Source: Isurus oxyrinchus
Taxonomy: Eukaryota
DNA: 64,000 nt
Reading direction: 5' to 3'
Assembly: GCA_026770705.1 (NCBI GenBank)
Contig: JANJGN010000009.1
Location: forward strand, 67,208,001-67,272,000
A program made the translations under genes and the position numbers. Positions 62,320 to 64,000 of the stretch are shown here, in pieces. A model generated the notes under the pieces. That model worked only from the letters and a program-made list of their open reading frames with translations. It did no database searches and had not been told where the DNA came from. How positions within the stretch are numbered: the stretch's first letter is position 1; each line of letters starts with the position of its first letter.

Positions 62320-63019
62320 TTGGTGTGATAACAAAAACATGCATTATTATAGCATCTTTAACATAACAAACTATCCCTAAGCAATTCACAGGAGTATTAT
62401 CAAACAAAATTTGACACCAAGCCACAATAAAGAAATATTAAGACAGATGCTGAAAAGCTTGCCCAGAGAGATCATTCTAAAGGTTCCAGATGTGCATTAA
62501 GATTGCTGAGCTCAAATAAGACAGCAGTAGAATTGCCAAAATTGGGTTCCGCATCTCTTGGCAATAAAGAGGGATTGACTGATTGACACCCTGTAATTCA
62601 TGTAAGAAATTAGGCACCTGTGGATGCATGATGAATCATTTTCTGGTCTGATGAATCACAGCTAGTTGTCCAGGCAAAAGAATGAATATTTGCTGCACCT
62701 GTGCAGCAAACATCTTTGGGAGGAAGGGGAGAAAACTAGAGAAAAATAAAGAGAAAAGACAGGAGATGAAGAGAATTTCTTTTCATTCAGAGAGTTGACA
62801 GGATCTGGAATGCTCTACCTGAAAAAGTGGTGGAAGCTGATACCATAAATATATTTTTTTAAGTTTTGGACAAGTGTTTGAGGATGTGGAACTTGCAGGG
62901 TGTGGGACTAAGCACAACTGCTCTTCCAGAGCAGTGTGCCCAACAGGTCGATGGCTGAAGAGAGTTAGCATGCTTTCTGCTTTTGTGTGCTAGTTTGATT
63001 CATATTATCAGCCCACACA

Positions 63020-64000
63020 GCTGGCTAGCAGCAATGCAAGAAAGAGATCCAACAGTGTAAGTCTCTCCCTGTCACAGCCTCTTCATCAGCAAGCTTTCAG
63101 CTGCGCCTCCTCATGGGGGCACACAGAAACTGGGTCTGTCACAGCCCCAGGTTAAAGCTTCGGAGAAATCTGAATGAGATTTTGCCCCCAGACATGCCAT
63201 GTTGCAGGCCCACAGGCATGTGGATACCCCCAGGCATTTGAACCAAACTCCAGCGAATAGCTCCACTGCCTTGTGGGTGCCTATGAAAATTGAAAGCTAA
63301 GGGAGTAAACCCTCACAAAAAGTCTGCATTGGAGCCCAAAGGTGGACTGATGCCCAAATATGCCATCTTTTCAGCAACACCTGCAACCAAGCCGGTGCCA
63401 AATGTAACACATTCCTTTGAACTCAGCCAGAGAGATTAAGAGGGGGACCCTGATGGTTGGCCAGCCCAGGTACTCCATAAATTTTGCCCAGGTTTGTGAA
63501 CTGAAAAGGTCACCCCAGTTTTGCTGCAGAGCGTTAACACAACATAGGAGACAGCAGTTACGATTAATAAGTCCAATTCTCGATTAGCGCAGAAAATGTT
63601 TGCTGTGGGCTGTCTCCAACAGTGAGAGGGACCATCATGTTCAACTGGTGAACCACCACCCACCTCAAATCAGGCAGCCCCTGGCTGGTAAGATGCTGAT
63701 GCACCATGGTCTATCAGCCTGAATGGGTGATTGGAGCTTAACAACTCTGCTCAACAAGTGGACAGAACCCATTGCACCTGGCAAATGAATGAAGAAAGCA
63801 AAAAGAAAGAAGATGTCAACTCTTTAATTGGCAAGCTGGAACATCAGGACTATGTGCACGCAATTGTCAGACAACTTGCAACTGATTAATAATGCACAGG
63901 ACAGCTGTGATCGACATGGAACTTGACAGGCTGAACATTGACATCACTTCCCTACAAGAAGCCAGGCTTGCCAAGAGCAGGTCATCAAAAGAAAAACATC
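63020..64000 (+). mobile_element. 5' UTR and endonuclease start of an RTE-clade LINE, running off the window
   Basis: LASWNIRTM and TAVIDMELDRLNIDITSLQEARLA are RTE-type APE N-terminal motifs; 5' boundary approximate. Confidence 0.8.

Overview
Eukaryotic, AT-rich vertebrate DNA, most likely a cartilaginous fish (inferred from the repeat set: CR1 LINEs with esterase ORF1, Deu-domain SINEs, Penelope-like elements, Harbinger MITEs). It looks intronic or intergenic and is dominated by nested transposable elements. No rRNA, true tRNA gene or CRISPR array was seen. Contents: two CR1 LINEs; an ORF1-less LINE with a tRNA-like 5' head plus a second partial copy; L2, Vingi and RTE fragments; five Penelope-like (RT + GIY-YIG) insertions, one with an almost intact ORF; a TIR-to-TIR Harbinger transposon and many MITEs with related ends; two solo LTRs; and a 1-kb TRIM-like LTR element. 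Most notable: (1) about nine minimal hammerhead-ribozyme motifs in the Penelope terminal repeats, including a variant core and an inversion breakpoint 3-4 nt from the predicted cleavage site; (2) a ~99% identical 0.5-kb inverted duplication 12 kb apart, with one copy inserted into an old transposon; (3) the tRNA-headed LINE; (4) a 1.4-kb MITE quasi-palindrome; (5) a low-confidence chain of phase-compatible exons encoding an unrecognised protein. All alignments were done by eye, and boundaries without TSD support are approximate.
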